A stretch of DNA of 64,000 bases from Schizochytrium sp. TIO01 (GCA_004764695.1 SMSO01000004.1:1674001-1738000), one strand, 5' to 3'; shown: positions 38,701 to 53,387, numbered from the stretch's first letter. Made by a program: numbers and translations. The notes: generated by a model not told the origin, from the sequence alone.

Positions 38701-41700
38701 AGGGAATCATCAATTGCATCATCAAACGCGGTCAGAAAAACTCAGACACAGGTGTGCTCTTTATAGCTTTCCCAATCCGCGTTAGCGTGCGTCCTCTGCG
38801 CCAGGTGCCCGAGACCATCATTATTCATTCTGTATAAACCTTTCAGACCAGGCTGCTACTGGCCTTTTCTCCATAAATCAGCGCGTGAGTGAGAGACTGC
38901 CGGCGCGTGCGATCCCTCTTACCTCTTGCCTCGTGGTCAGCTCGAGTTATTTCACAAGGAGCAGTGGCCACAATGGTAATCAGCGCGCTCTTGAGCAGCT
39001 TCGCCTCTTGTGATCGTAGAGAACCTCCTCCTCGTCGGAAGAAACTCTGCCTTAAAGAGGGAACGGCTCGCAATTAGAGGTGATTTTAATTCACAGCACG
39101 AGGAGAACAAGGGAAATGGCGAAACGTGCCGGTCAGAAGGGAGCAGGACAAATACTTCGGACCTCCAGTGAACTTGAGGAGGTTGTTGAGCTGCATCCAA
39201 CTTGGCGCTGGAACTACATAAACGAGGGAGTACTCTCTCTTGAACTGGAAATGTCAGCTATGCTGCTTTGATTCAAAGATCGTGCTTTCAGGCCCTTTTG
39301 GAGGTCGCAACCTTCTTTGTCCATTGCACTTGCCTGCTTGAAACACAAATTAAGTTAAATTATCCGCGCTCGCTGCTCTCTTTAAGTGGCTCGCACGCAC
39401 GCGCGCGCTGCGATTACGTCAAGTCGAGCTAGAGCTGATGAGAGTCGCAAACTCTAATCTCTGGAAACCCTAGCCAGCATGTCAATACGCACGTTTCACG
39501 TTATTTATAGAGCTGATTAGTAATGTTGAAATACAAAATACAATTAAAATGCATCAAATAAAATAAAGTTAAGAAATGAGGCCTTCTGTATCGAGACTAA
39601 CATGGAAACAAAGTTAAGAGCAATCGCACAAATAGCTTGGGTTCTAGGAGTAGTTCCATCATCTGCACGCGGACAAAGCTGGCGGTCAGTTGAATTCATG
39701 GACAAACAAAGATGTAAAGAAACAAATAAATTCATTAAAATAAACAGACAAATAAACAAACAAACAATTCAAACAAAAAAAGAAAGAAAAAAGTCGGGGC
39801 CCATGTAAGGCGTTCAGCAGATTGGGTATCCACAGTGTGGTGGACCTCGGAGTGACTGCCAATACTAAAAAGGCCAGAGGAAACTTGATACAATCTTTAT
39901 CTTCTATCTCCTTCCACCTAAACTTTCTGTTAAATGCAAAATTATTATTTCACAGAAGACAATATATGTAAACATATAACGGCATATAAATAGTCATATT
40001 AATTAGATACTTTAAATGAGAAAAGAAACTATAGTTTTAAGGATAAAAGATAATAGAAGAATAAGCAATAATTTCTATCTCGGCGATTTCAACTTTAACA
40101 ACAAGTCTTATTTTGCTTCTAGTAGTTTTTTTTTTTGTTAGTACAAGTATTCTATTTCAACTTGAAGATAAGCAGAAACAGAACTTCCCTTTTTCATTTT
40201 ATTTTTACTTCTTTCTTTTTTTAAATAAAATGAATTGATTGATATAAAAGTTACATATCATGGTTAATCCATGCTGGGTCGTAAACAATCTAATTCTCTC
40301 TCCTTTCAGTGGAGGTTTGATCGCATTCTGGGAAGCGGCGGAGACTTGAGTTTCGTTCACCTGTGTTGAAAGGACTGAATGCCTGCTACGGACACTGGAG
40401 ACCGCGGTCCTCTCTGTCTACGGACTAAGGAGATCTGAGCGGCACGCGAACTAGTGTGAAAAAGGCAGCGAGAATGAGTGAGGATGGTGGTGATTGAATG
40501 AGTATCTCTATCTTTTCAAGTTCTGCCTGTCCCTCATAGTTTTGGGTGGGTCAGTGCGGGACAAAGAAAGGTGGAAGTGAGAAATTGGCATTTCTTTCTT
40601 TCTTTCTTATTTTCTGGAGCAACTGAAAGTAGATGATATCGAAAAGCACTTCAAGCTCATTGTTAAACAGCAACTCCGTGCACCACTTGGCACGGTGCTG
40701 ATGCGTGAAGTGGATGTGCCGTCTGAAATTGCGCTCAGGAGACTCTTGCTTTGGTCCAAGTTTAAATTGAAGTTTTCAAGTCGTTGCCAAGATCTCCTCC
40801 AGCGTCATTTGACGCCCTCATCACACCGTGCAGAATGAATTCTGCAGTGAAACGCACTGGCAGTGGATTCATTCTTTCTTACAGAGCAGGGAATCTGAAA
40901 CGACACCATCCATGCGCAAAACAAGCACCTACTCGAAAAGACCCCATTGGCTTTTGATAGGCAAGGGTTGATAAGCAATTTATAGCGTGAAGTGCACGCG
41001 CATTGCTTTGCCTTTATTAGGAGAAATACAAGCCTGGTGCATTGGGCGAGTTGATCATCATCAAGAAAGGGTGTAACGAGTTGACCTTAGGCAGGCAGAA
41101 GAGTTTGCTAATTCTGATGTGTGGACAGCACAGACTGGTAGAGTCTGAGAAATCCAGCCGTCTGTCAAATGAGTCAGATCTCTGTGAACTCTGTAATACT
41201 TATTTCCGCCTTTCATTATTCGATGATTTCCAACGATTTGACCTCGCTGACTCCTCGCACCAACCCTAAGTCGCTCTCACTAGTCATAAACATAGGGGCT
41301 TCTACCTGTCTAATTGGGTGAAAGTCACCTCTAAGCACATTAGTATTGGGTCTATCAAGTCACTTATTTAATTTAATTTAAAAAATTAAAAAAAAAACTT
41401 CAAAAACTACATAGAGATAAACCACTGAGACATGCTGTTGACTAAAATTATTACAGAGGCTGTGCGGAATCGTAAAGATGAGAACAACTGATCCTTTCGG
41501 AGGAAATTATCATTTTTGCTGATCTTTTGTTTGGCAGTATTACATGCTAACTGAGAAAAAGTAAACGCAAACGAAGAACGACCACAACGCCGGTACTGCA
41601 TGGACAAACACAAAAAAGTGAGTAATGCGGAATTTGCCGTAGTAAGAAATATATGGGGCCTTGTTCTCACTTGCTGTGCAAGTCCAGGAATTGTGAATTT

Positions 41701-43796
41701 TGGAGATCTCCGTTTCTACTTTTACTCCGTTGAATTTCTTGCTTGCATCTAAGAAGTTTTGAGTCTTGGAGATCTTCTTCTAGTCAATTTCATTTGCTTA
41801 GATCTACAGGAGTGAGACAACGGTCAGTTCATGACGATCATACCTAGGCTGTATGTGGAGCGTTTGAACGGAGGGTCGACCAAACGCAGCCTTCCTTTCA
41901 CTGTCTCGCTGTGTTTGTTCTAACCGACACGCGCGATTCCTCGGCATTAATGAAACACTAAGCACACAAGGTCCACAAGATCAGATTGCAAAAGATTATG
42001 AATATCGTCGCGAAGCGTTTAGCTTTTCACGAGGGGATTATTGAAGCTACTACTTTACAGACGACGCAGAATACTCAAATGATAGTTTACATTGGGCTAG
42101 AATTTCTTAATCAAACTTGCTCTCCTAAAAAGCTACAAGGACTCTGAACGAGTCGAATGACCACCATATATATATGTAAATATACATCTCCTTAAAAAAA
42201 CTACTATGTTAGGTTACTATTTTTTAGTTTTGTAACAATTTAGGTCTCGCTGAAGCCTGAAGTAAATGCTAACTCAAGGCCTTTCTCACATTTTTTGACA
42301 TACCTGACTTGATATCAGAATCATGTCTCCTAAGCTAGAGCACGAATGCTTGTGATTGTCTTTAGAAAAAGAAATTACAATAATTGTTTTCTCGACTATG
42401 ATCACTCGAGCTTGCAGCAAGACGCATTCCCTTGTCTACTAGCATGTGCAATGGCGATCTGCGCGGCCAGAACCATCGCTGCTAGAATCTGAGTTGTTAG
42501 AGCTTTAGCCCGTTTATCAAAAGGCACAGTTTCGACTGTGGATGTTTTTAAAAGAGATCGAAGAACTTGAAACAACCAACTCCGCTGTAACGTAGGTAGG
42601 AAATCAGACTTGCCAATTAATGGCCACCGTGGCCAACAAAAAGAACACCTTCTTTACCTGAATAAGTTCAGTCGCACCATGTTTCCTGCGCTCTGGCCAA
42701 AACAAAAGACTACGAGTAATTAGGCAGTATCGCTAGTGCTTGCGCGCTTGAAAGAGTATTCGCATTACATATGAAGCCAACTCGCAGTTTCCTCGCATTG
42801 CCGGCGGGGCACCGGATAAAGACATACACGCCTACACTACTCGGGGACTAAAATGTCTTTCGCCAACTCCTGCTGCTTCTCTGGCGCCAAGTCTTGCGGC
42901 TTGCCAAAGAAGAAGAGTCGCTTCAGCACTTTCCCTGCACCTTTTCACGATTCGCTGTCCTTTTCAACGAGCCGCCCGATTCCTCAATAACCAACATCAA
43001 AGTTCCTGCGTTTTCCAGGCTCGCCAGATGATCACGCTGACTACTCCGTGGCCTTGGTTGGCGCATTTGCTTCTTCCCCGTCGCTGGCTCGTGCGTGCCT
43101 GTTTTGTGCTCTCCGCTGCCGTCATTTGCGTCTTGGCCTCTCTGGTTTGCGGGCGACGGAGGGAGGGTCCTGCCTGTCCTTTTGCAAACAACCAACCAAC
43201 CAACCAACCAAACAAACAAACAAACAAACAAATTGACAAACAATTATTCAAGGCTCTCGGTACATCATAATCCATCCATCATCGCGCCAGACTGATTCGA
43301 ATCAGCTCGGAATCAGCGCGATCGAAGACCAACCACAGGAAAGCAAGCCAAAAGCGAGCGCTCTTTTCCAAGTCTCTAAACCGAAAATCCGCACGTGGTG
43401 GACCTGTAAGTCTGGGCGAGGGACTTACAGAACTGTCAACTCCCTACAAGCAAGCCCAGAACCGGGCACACAAGACTTGCTTGCTGCTTTTGTTTATCTA
43501 TTCGTCCAGAGCACTCTGCTGCGCTGTTGCAAATGCGAAAGCCTTTCAATAACCAAAGATGATGGCAAAAATCGGAACCAAGTTCGATCTGCGAAAAGGC
43601 CGAAAACAGTGAAGATTTACTATCTCAAGCTGTTCCATTATGATATGTATGCCTAAGCTCTTGTTCATTCAAGTTTGTTCTTTAGCTCGAACATGAGCGA
43701 GTAAATAAAAGAACTAACTGTTTAGAAGAGTTGCGAAGAAGTCAGATAGAATTGCATAGTCAACCGGGCAAGGAGACCTCTCTTCAGCCCGCTCGC

Positions 43797-43797
<1 letters not shown>

Positions 43798-43837
<40 letters not shown>
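43798..43837. repeat. (CTG)13 SSR
   Basis: Read directly. Confidence 0.95.
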
Positions 43838-44714
43838 GTGTAAGTCAGTGCTTCGGCCATTCACTCAGTCAGACAGTCAGCTATCCGGGCCTTCCAAGTG
43901 CCGCGGGATCGAGTTTCCGAGGACTCGCTGCGCTTGAGGGGCTATTGCAGAACTAACTTCTTGAGATCTTCTGCAGCCTCTTCTCAGTGCCATGTGTAGA
44001 ATCTATCTATCCATCGGATCGATCTAATGTATGTATTTGAGTTTTTCGATTTCTGATCGATGGATTGGTTGGTTCTTTGACCCATTGGCCGCCATGATGA
44101 TTGATCGCTTGCAAGATCTTGTCTTCTCAAGCACTGACTCGAGATAGATAGCTCCGTTCTGCAGGGGCAGAGCTCCAGGCTTCATATTGATTGCTCAAGC
44201 TGTGCCCGTGCTTCCTTCTTTAAATGGAACCAGTACGTAGGTCAGCACTGCGGTGGGTATGGTTTTCCGTAGGACAGAGTAGTAGGACAGGTTCTGTGTA
44301 AGATGGATTGAGTTTTAAAGTTTCCTTACTCTCGAGTTAGACTCAATAAGTTAAAATCTTTTCGCAACTTGGGTAAACACTTAGGCCGAAACAGCTACTC
44401 TTGAAACTTTCTTATGGGCACCTACTTTATCTTCTTGGTTTTATGTTTCTCTTTACTGTATTTTTGAGGTGATCCCTTTGGTTTTCTTGATTTTTTATGG
44501 CTTGGAGAAGTGACTGTAAAACCTAAAATGGAGACCATTATCTGAAAATCACCGTCAAGAGCTAAGGATAAAGAAGTACCTTTCGGCGGATTGAATCGTT
44601 GCGGGGAGAGGGACGGGGTTTTGAAGCAGTTTTGGACGAATCGTATTCGCTTGATAATATTTCAAAAGTCTGCTGCTGTTTGCTGCAGTGGCGAGGTTGG
44701 TACGAATGTAATAG

Positions 44715-45221
44715 TTACTCTTGCTTTTCATTCATGTTAGTTCTCAGGCCTTTCAATTGTAAAGGGCGATTCATCGAAGTTTTTATAACAAAACATCTGC
44801 GGTTCAGATTGGCTGCCAGTACTACTATGCATATTTCGATGCTAATCGTAGTCGATTGCGCCATTAAGGTCAAGAGCAAGCATTCAAGCAGTACCATCGT
44901 TTCTGCGCCGCTTTGATCCTCCTCGCTCCAGAAATCTCTTGGACCGTGATGCAATTCGATCTTGATCGCTCCAAGCCAAAGAAAGAAGCTCCAGCAAACA
45001 TTTACGTAATAATGCCGGCTGTGATTGATGATGTGAAACGAGAGCCTATGCAAATCCAGCATCCAAAGGCTGAGATCAAGAGGCGCTTCTGCCAGTCGTT
45101 CTGCGTATATGTATACTTTCTTTAAAAGGCTAAATATCCATCGCCACTCCTCGGCAGTTAAATTTTGTATTTCCATGAGGGGTTGGATACACCAACTAAT
45201 AACAATTAGGGCTTGCGGCAT
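44715..45221 (-). CDS. Candidate orphan ORF (168 aa), unverified
   Basis: ATG-initiated ORF in non-repetitive sequence of moderate GC. No recognisable domain. Confidence 0.2.
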   Translation of the reverse strand: MPQALIVISWCIQPLMEIQNLTAEEWRWIFSLLKKVYIYAERLAEAPLDLSLWMLDLHRLSFHIINHSRHYYVNVCWSFFLWLGAIKIELHHGPRDFWSEEDQSGAETMVLLECLLLTLMAQSTTISIEICIVVLAANLNRRCFVIKTSMNRPLQLKGLRTNMNEKQE

Positions 45222-48200
45222 GCGACCGCGCGAGAGTGAATGAAGAAATCTAGCATATTAGCAACTCGTGGGCGGCGCTCTGGCCGTGGGTTTCAAGCCC
45301 TCATAGAGCCATAAGCTTTTTCTCTGATGCACGATTGAAGGAAACTTGGAACGATTCCAAGCTGAAGCACGCAACATCAAACAATGCAAATCAGATGGGA
45401 TCATGAATGAGTTTGTCACTAAGAATAAGCAAAGACGACTTTCTTTCTTTTGATGCTTGTGTTTAGTTGTTGCATTTGTTTAATTTTACTTTTTCTGTGG
45501 AGCTCAGCATTACCGTCTTTCCGATTCTTGACTGACGAGTTTCGTTGCCCAAAATAAGTACCGAACTGACCTCACCACTATTTTTTTTGTATGTTTTAAA
45601 TTTAAAAAGTTTGTCTCATTGCGCAAAATATTCTTTGAGCTCACTATTCTAAAATGATATAATTTTAAAAAGCTAACTCCTATTTACTTTTTAAAATAAA
45701 ATATTTCAATTAAAATGAATAAAATAGGTTGTTTTAATAAAATACTTACTTGTTTAAGAAAAAAAAAAGAAAAAAAAATAGTTGTGATGAAAATATTTGA
45801 AAAGTTTATGCTAGTTAACAACAATGCTTGTCTCTGAATATGGATGATTTGGTCAGGTTGAAGAAGGCTGTTCTAACTTTCCGCAATTGGAGGTCAAATT
45901 TTCAGTGGAGTAGGAACTGCCAGTCAGAACGCTAGTCAGGCTGAGCAATACCGGCTCTGTTCCGTTCGGATGGGACTCTGCACTATCGCAAGAACTATCT
46001 AGTCTAGTCTCGTCACACTGGCCACGGCCAGGATCACTTCCTTTCGCCCAACAGGCGCCTCTTCACGAGTATTCCCAAACTGCCCTTCTTCTTTGCCCAA
46101 GATTGCTTCGAATGCGTTGCTCTTCAATCAAACCACAACCGGTAAACTGCTCATGGGCATCTCACGTACACAAACAACAGTGGGTGGCTAGCTAGCAGCA
46201 GGAAGGGTCCAGCGTGGGTCGTGCGTCCCTCGGACTGGCTGCCTCCTCGCTGGTCAGAATAAGTCCGCAGCGGCCGCAGAGAGACAACGATGCCAATCTT
46301 AGAGATACGCGCGAAACAAAACTAAGTTTGCAGGCAGGCAGGCAGGCCATCATTCGAATTCGTTGCATCATTCATTTCCTTCGATACCATCTACATCTAA
46401 TAAAGAGGAGGATTAACAAAAAGCAGTGAGAGTAAGTTCATTCAATTCGTTTGTTCATTCAAGTTTTCCATAAGAAGATCACCTATCTAGCGCGTTCCTC
46501 GCGGGTTCCTCGCGGGGTCTCTGTTCATGATTAGTAGCAGCTGTAGTAGCAGTTGTCTGTATAAGATAACAACAGCGGCGCCTTCGAGTTTCAATGCTGA
46601 TCTTTCTGTGTTGTGGTTATTATAAATAGAATGTAGCCTTTGTGTATTCTACGCCATCAAATTCATTTGTTCATTCGTTCAATTGTTCTCTTTTAATCGA
46701 TTTAGTTTACTTTAAATTTTAAAGATAACTCAGCTAGAGAAGTATTTAGAAAGAATAGGCTCTTTCTTCTCCAGCTGCTTCGACGGAAATGCTGCTCTTT
46801 TTCATCTTTGGGCGGGCAGGAAGGATATTGTATTCACACAGGCTGACTGACTGACCCCTTCTCAGCACAAAACTGACAGACAAACCTGCCTGCGCGCCTC
46901 TGAAAGAGTGAGAGAGAGAGAGAGAGGGAGAGAATAAGTAGATCAGCAGATAGCTACCGAAAGCAAGAGGACCGCTACGAGTCCCTAGCAAGAGGTAGAA
47001 GGCCAGGGCCTAGTCGGCCAGTAGGACTGCGTAGCGAGCCGCGTAGGTTGAAGAGTGCGAGATTTTCTCTTCTCCAGGACCGTGGCGGTGTGCGAGACCA
47101 TGCCTGCCGTCGACATCTTGCGCGGGTGCCGAAAGCTGCGGTCCCGACCCGTCCGCGGCAAAGTTTCCCACGAGCACAATGAATTGACCTGAGGCGGAGG
47201 GAGGGGAAGGCGGAACGAAAGAAGAAAGTTGACGAACGGCACGAATCAGCCGAGTTTAGCTCGAACGCTGCTGAGGCTGGTTTTCTTGTTTGTTTGTTTG
47301 TTTGTTTAATTTGTTTAATTTGTTTAATTTGTTTAATTTGTTTAATACTTTTTTTCCCTTTTTTTTTTTTTAAAATTAAATTAAATAAAGTATATGAATG
47401 TTTTTAATTCGATTGATTATTTGAAGGAAAGGCGAAAAGAAAGAGTTCGCAGAAAGAAGAAGAAGAGATAACTAACTTCGGTACTCTCGTCACGGTCGAT
47501 GATGAGGATCTCGGAAATGCTTCAGATTCGTTTGGGATCGCGAAAAGGATATGGGCCCACCAGCTTCCGCTCCGTATCTCTTTCCCAAGGTGGCGTTTGC
47601 AGGCGGCGCCGCACATTGTTTATCGTCGTAATGAAGTTTCTTCTTCCTTCGTTCTTTAGCGCCGCTTTTGCTTTCCTTTTGCCTTGTCCTGTCCCGCTCA
47701 AAGCATCGCCAAAGCTCTCAGTTACAATCGTTTTGTAACTTGAACGATTGGAGCCATCCATAAAAGAGGAATCTTGGATATCGAAGGCCTTTTGCCGTCC
47801 TTCTCAGATCCTGATGAATGGATGAATGAATGAATGAATGAATGAATGAATGAATATCTGTGCCAGTAACAGGGAAAAGCTTATACTTTGCAACAGCAGC
47901 AGTTTGTTTGTTTGCTTGTTCATTAATTTGTTTGCTTGTTAATTTGTTTGCTTGTTTGCTTGTTTGTTATCTGCTTGTTTGTTTGCTCTTGGGTTCTTTG
48001 GTTCTGCCCGCTTCCACGGCCGGTTGGATTTCGAGAGAAGCGGAGCAGAAGAGGGTTTTCAGCCGATGGAGAACGAGGGCTCAGGGAGGAAGTATTGGCA
48101 CCCAGCGTGCCTAGTCATGAGCGTCTGTCGCGGATCAAGGAATATGCAACAACGCGAAAGCTCGAGCTTGGAAGGAGCTAGCTAGATCCCTTCCTCGAAC

Positions 48201-48646
48201 CGCGACAGAAGGATCATCGTGCTAGTCTCGATCTTTCGCTCGAGTTTTCTTCCGCATACATAAAGCTGGACTCTTCTTGATCTGTCTGTGTTGTTTATAA
48301 AAAGTTTTAAATCTAAATAAATGTTTTTTATTTTGTTTTTTGTTTTTTTTAATTAATCGAAATCAAAAGAAAGTAAGTTGGGCATGAAAGTGGTAAAAAT
48401 CGAGGCGTCGGTGTTTTCAATGTAGTATTCCTGAATAGCAGTCGCCGCATGATTTGAAAGCCCCACTCGTTCGCTGTCTTCCGAAAGACACCTCTCATTT
48501 CGTGTGACCTTCGCTGACTAATTGGCCGAAGGAGCCAATAGATTGTTGATTGATTGTGCGACACACCCATTAAACTAACTAACTCCCTCGCTACGTTCTC
48601 GCCCACTCAAACCGCTCACCCACTCACCTTGGTCTATCGTGTACGT

Positions 48647-48648
<2 letters not shown>

Positions 48649-48678
<30 letters not shown>

Positions 48679-48751
48679 TGTATGTATGTATGTATGTATG
48701 TATGTATGTATGTATGTATGTATGTATGTATGTATGTATGTATGTATGTAT
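48649..48751. repeat. (TATG)~25 SSR
   Basis: Perfect tract read directly. Confidence 0.97.
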
Positions 48752-51171
48752 ATATATTTGGCTTTCTTTTATCCCTGGAAAAAACCACTTTGCAGGTTTT
48801 CGTTTTCCCTCTTACAAAATATCGAAACTGATCAAACACTTTCATTCATTCATTATTCATTTATTTATTTATTCATTCATTCACACTCAGCACGACTAGT
48901 CAGGAAGCATTGTGTACGTACTACCAACGTAGTGAGTGAGTGGGCCACTCGCTCTCTCTCTCTCTGTTTGGTTAGCAACTCACCTTGGAAGGTGCTGCTA
49001 TGAATGCTGTAGCGAGAGAGTGAGTGACAATTTCATTGATTTTTTATTTCAATCGAGTTTTCCTTTCTCCTGCACGCACAGCTGAGCTAGCTAGCTAGCT
49101 CTAGAGTTAGCTACTGAAAGAATGGAGAGACAATGAATGCCAAAAGAAGACAGACAGACAGACAGACAAGGCACCAGAGTTGACTTGAGCTGGGCTGAGG
49201 AGCCCGATTGAAAGAAGGAGAAGGGCAGCCTGCGAAGCTGGCGGTACCAATACACAGGCACCTCTGTCTGTTTGCGCGGATCTCTGTCGATTTCAAGTTC
49301 TTCGCTTCTCTCACGTCCTCGAGTCCCTGACTGGAGTCCACTTTGGTCGGTGTATCCAACTTCTTCTTCTCCTCTCTTTCTTCTTCTTCTTCAACGCGGT
49401 CTCTCACTTTCTTTCAATCTAAGGGCTTCCCGAGAGCCCGAATTTTTCTTTCCCGCCTCTTTGACTCTCTCATGCGCACTCACTCTTCCTCTTCTTATTT
49501 GTAATAAGGAAGTGAACGTAAGTAAAGAAAGTTAAAGAAGAAGAAAAAGAAGACAAGAAAGTACAAGTAGATCTGCTTATTGCTATCATGATCGTCGAAA
49601 TACACAAAACTCTGTCTGTCTCGTGGCATGTCGTGATGGATTCAGACCTCGCATTACCCAAGGAGATAAACGTATACCTAACTAACGAACTACTCAACAC
49701 ATGTGAAGGCACGAAAGAAAACCTCCCTCCTTATCAGGTCTATCAACTCTCACAAAAACAACAAACTAGGTACTTACTATATCTGATCTCCCACCATCAA
49801 TCGTAGAAGAGAGCTAGCTAGACAGTACTGCTATCAATCAATCTCTACAGGTAGGCACTTTTTTCTTTCAATTGAAAGCACTTACAAGTGAAAGCCTGCA
49901 GCGTTCTTGCTTTTCTACGCGGTCAGGCGGAGCCCTCTCACAGCTCGAAAGACAGGAACCGGCACACTACCCAACCACAGAGATCAAGAAGCACAGACGA
50001 TCCCCTCTCTTCTTCAAGTCTCGCGCACAGGCAGACAGAGAGACAGAGGAGAGAGACCGATCAAAGATCCCTTCGCCCTAATCCACTCGCTATCCAAATA
50101 AATGACTGACCAACTAACTGACTAACTAACAGACTGACTAACGAACTTTAAGTTCCCTTCTCTTCTTCTCTTCATTTCTTCTGTTGCATTTGTAATGGAG
50201 GAACTGGAACCCTGTATTACGCTCATGGCATAGGCGGGCTCTAGCTAGGCACTATGCTGCTCTATCTAGGGAGAAAGCTAGGGTTGAGACTTGAAGAGCT
50301 GCTCTCGTTAATGCGCCCAATCAATCGCTCATTGCATGCATGAAGAAGAGGCGATGGAGAACAGGCTGCAGCTCCTGTCTAGTTGTCTGATGGTCTGCTT
50401 GAAACTGGCGGGTGGCGGGGATACAGCGGAAGAGAGATGATCTATCTTCGAAGCCCACTGATGTCGAAGACAAGACGAGCTAAACTTATGTTGATCTTCA
50501 CTCGTTCTTCACACGCTCTGCAGAGAGGAGCGACGAGCGCTTGACAGCACTTGTTATTGCTTGCTATCTTTCGTCGAAACCTGAAGCCTGTGCAAGTGAT
50601 CTTTCTCTTACTCACGTCTCTCCCCTTATGTTCACGAATCAGCAGAATCTATCTTTCATTGTGTATGTCTCTAGCTAGAGATTTACAAAAAGCAAAGGGG
50701 TGAAATAAATAGCATTCGTCCAGAAAATAGCGCCAATTTTGGATGGAGAATTCATTGGCTCTTCAAGCTCGCATTTTGATTGGTTTTATATTTTGAAAGT
50801 AGCTTCAGCGAGAGTAGAAGATATTAGTGAATGGTGCTCCCAAATGAAAAGGACAGCAACTTACCTAATAATAGCATGCAGCATGAAAGAAGGCGCGAGG
50901 AAGAAAGAAGAAAAAAGAAACAGCTTTCGTTCGGATGAGAAGAGCGCTCCGACGCCTCCGTGTTCGAGACTGGTGCCTCGCAAGTTCTTTGCGCCGACCC
51001 CTTTGCCCGTAGGGACCATGATGGCGCGGCCTCCTCTCCGCTTCAGAGCAGCCCAAACAAAACCGGAGCCAAGCAAGTCAGCAAGAAAGCAAGAAAGCAA
51101 GGAAGAAGAAGATCGATTGGCTACATCGAAGAGTTTGACTTTCCTTGCTACTAGCGAAGGTGCTACCAGGG

Positions 51172-51250
<79 letters not shown>
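51172..51250. repeat. (GTTA)~20 SSR
   Basis: Perfect tract read directly. Confidence 0.97.
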
Positions 51251-51914
51251 GCTGATGCATTTTTTAACAGTTCTTTTATGTACTGAGTCGGTACAAGGGA
51301 GACTATTGCAGCGAGAAAGAAGAATCTATGCAGATGTCAGGAGGACTGGCGTGATCCCCTGGATTCCTGCAGAGTTCCGGCCGCACGACCTCCGGGAGGC
51401 AGGGCCCCTCCGTACGAACGAAGATCTCCGCCGTTGGGGGCGTGCCTCGACCAGTGCACTTGGACTTCCCAGCAGAACTCCAGGTCAGGTCAGGTCAGGT
51501 CTTCGAGAAACTTTGGGTTCCGAGTGTTCCCGTCTTTTCTCTCTTTCTCTCTCTTCTTTATTTACTCCTTCTTCTTCTTCTTCTTCTTCTTCTTTTGTTA
51601 TTTCTATCATCATTGTGATAAACGTTGTTATTTGAACATTGAATTAAAAAGAAAGAAGGGTGAAAAAAAGCTAAAAAACAACAACTTGAAGGTATAATCT
51701 AATTAGTTTAAAAATAAAATAAGAACTTTAAAACATGACAAGGCATAACAAGATAATTGTTGCGATGGTTCACATTCTCAAAGGCCAATTTCTTCGTTCA
51801 AGCCTCCCTCCACGCCCTCCAGACATTGTCATGAGCGGCTCCATCTACGCCACTCAGCCCCTTCTACACATCTCCACCCAAGTATCCAAGCTAGCCCGCA
51901 TTCATACATACCCA

Positions 51915-51970
51915 CATGCATGCATGCATGCATGCATAAAGTATGAATGAATGAATGAATGAATGAATGA
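51915..51970. repeat. (CATG)~5 followed by (GAAT)~6
   Basis: Read directly. Confidence 0.9.
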
Positions 51971-52119
51971 TCCTCCTGAGCAGGAAAAGTCCTCAGCGGC
52001 GGCGAGTCTGATCTGATTGACTAACCAATAATCTAGGCCCATCCAATCCAATCTCGCTCGCAGGAGTGCGGGGCCCCTCTAGGGCGGTCTGGCTGGCAGA
52101 CTGACCAACAGACTCACTG

Positions 52120-52214
52120 GCTGACTGCCTGACTGACTGACTGCCTGACTTGCTGTCTTACTGACTTACTGACTTACTGTCTTACTGACTGACTGACTGA
52201 CTGACTGACTGACT
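52120..52214. repeat. (CTGA)n/(CTTACTGA)n compound SSR
   Basis: Read directly. Confidence 0.9.
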
Positions 52215-52678
52215 TGCGGCGAGGCCAGGAAACGCACAGGCAGACAGGCAGGCAGAGGCACTGCAGAGCGAAGTTCGAAGGCGCATTAGGAGTTCGTACG
52301 CGCACACACATGTTTATTTATTTTATGGGGCTGGTTTTGCTCCACAATGAAGGGTTTGGATGAAGAGTTCGATCGATTTGGTTCCTAAAAACCAAAATTT
52401 AATCCCTTCTTTAGTTGTTGCAATCTAATTGCTTGCTTGATGTGTAAGTAGGCTGAAGGACCAATGGGGTTGAACGTGAACAAGCTCGAATTCAATCAGC
52501 AGCTCAAGGACAGTCGAAACAGCGCCGCACTTGCGAGACAGACAGACAGACAGACAGAAAGAGACGCTTCCGACGTTTCGATCATGTCGTGATGTATCTC
52601 GCTACTGCAGGTTGGAAGCCAGCTGGCTCGCTAGTTACGTGAAGAACTTGTGCGGAAGAGAACCAACCACTAACGAGA

Positions 52679-52753
52679 ATTGCATTGCATTGCATTGCAT
52701 TGCATTGCATTGCATTCATTGCATTGCATTGCATTGCATTGCATTGCATTGCA
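52679..52753. repeat. (TGCAT)~15 pentanucleotide SSR
   Basis: Read directly, with one shortened unit. Confidence 0.95.
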
Positions 52754-53324
52754 CTGCAGTGAATTAGTTTAGTTCACTCAAGAAAGAAGGAAGGAGTGAA
52801 TTCTAGCTAGCTAGTTCGCTTGCTTGCTTGCTTGCTGAAAGTATGTCTGCTGTGTTTAGAGCCATGAGAGGAGGTTGATGCCTGAAGCAGGCTTCCTTCC
52901 CTTCCCTGCAGCCCTTGCACCTCTTGCCGCAGAGACTAGCACGCTCTGCGGCCCTTCAGGTAAGGCTCTCGTCGCTTTAGCACGTCGAGCTCGAGTTCTC
53001 TGGGCGCAGCGGCGAAGTCTGGTAGTAGTAGCAGCGCCTAGGAAGTAACTAGGTAGGGGTCTACCTACCACATCTGGGGTGGGCGGCAGGCGCGTAGAGA
53101 GCAAGCAAGAGGTCCCAGCAGGGAAGGACCGAGGGCTCCGAGACTGCCGAAGCGTCGAGCGAGACGCACGCAGATCTCGGCCCCAGAGGCGGGCCCCGCT
53201 GCAGAGAGTGCGGGACGGCAGGAGCGTCAGGACAGGCAGCCGATCGGCATTTCCGCCATCTCGTTTCGCAGGCGGCTGACTGACCTCTGCAGGATTGCAG
53301 GATCGTTGGACTTGGAGTAGAAAG

Positions 53325-53387
53325 TCATCCTTCATTCATCCTTCATTCATCCTTCATTCATCCTTCATTCATTCATTATTCATTCAT
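53325..53387. repeat. 11-mer tandem (CATCCTTCATT)4 grading into (ATTC)n
   Basis: Read directly. Confidence 0.9.
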
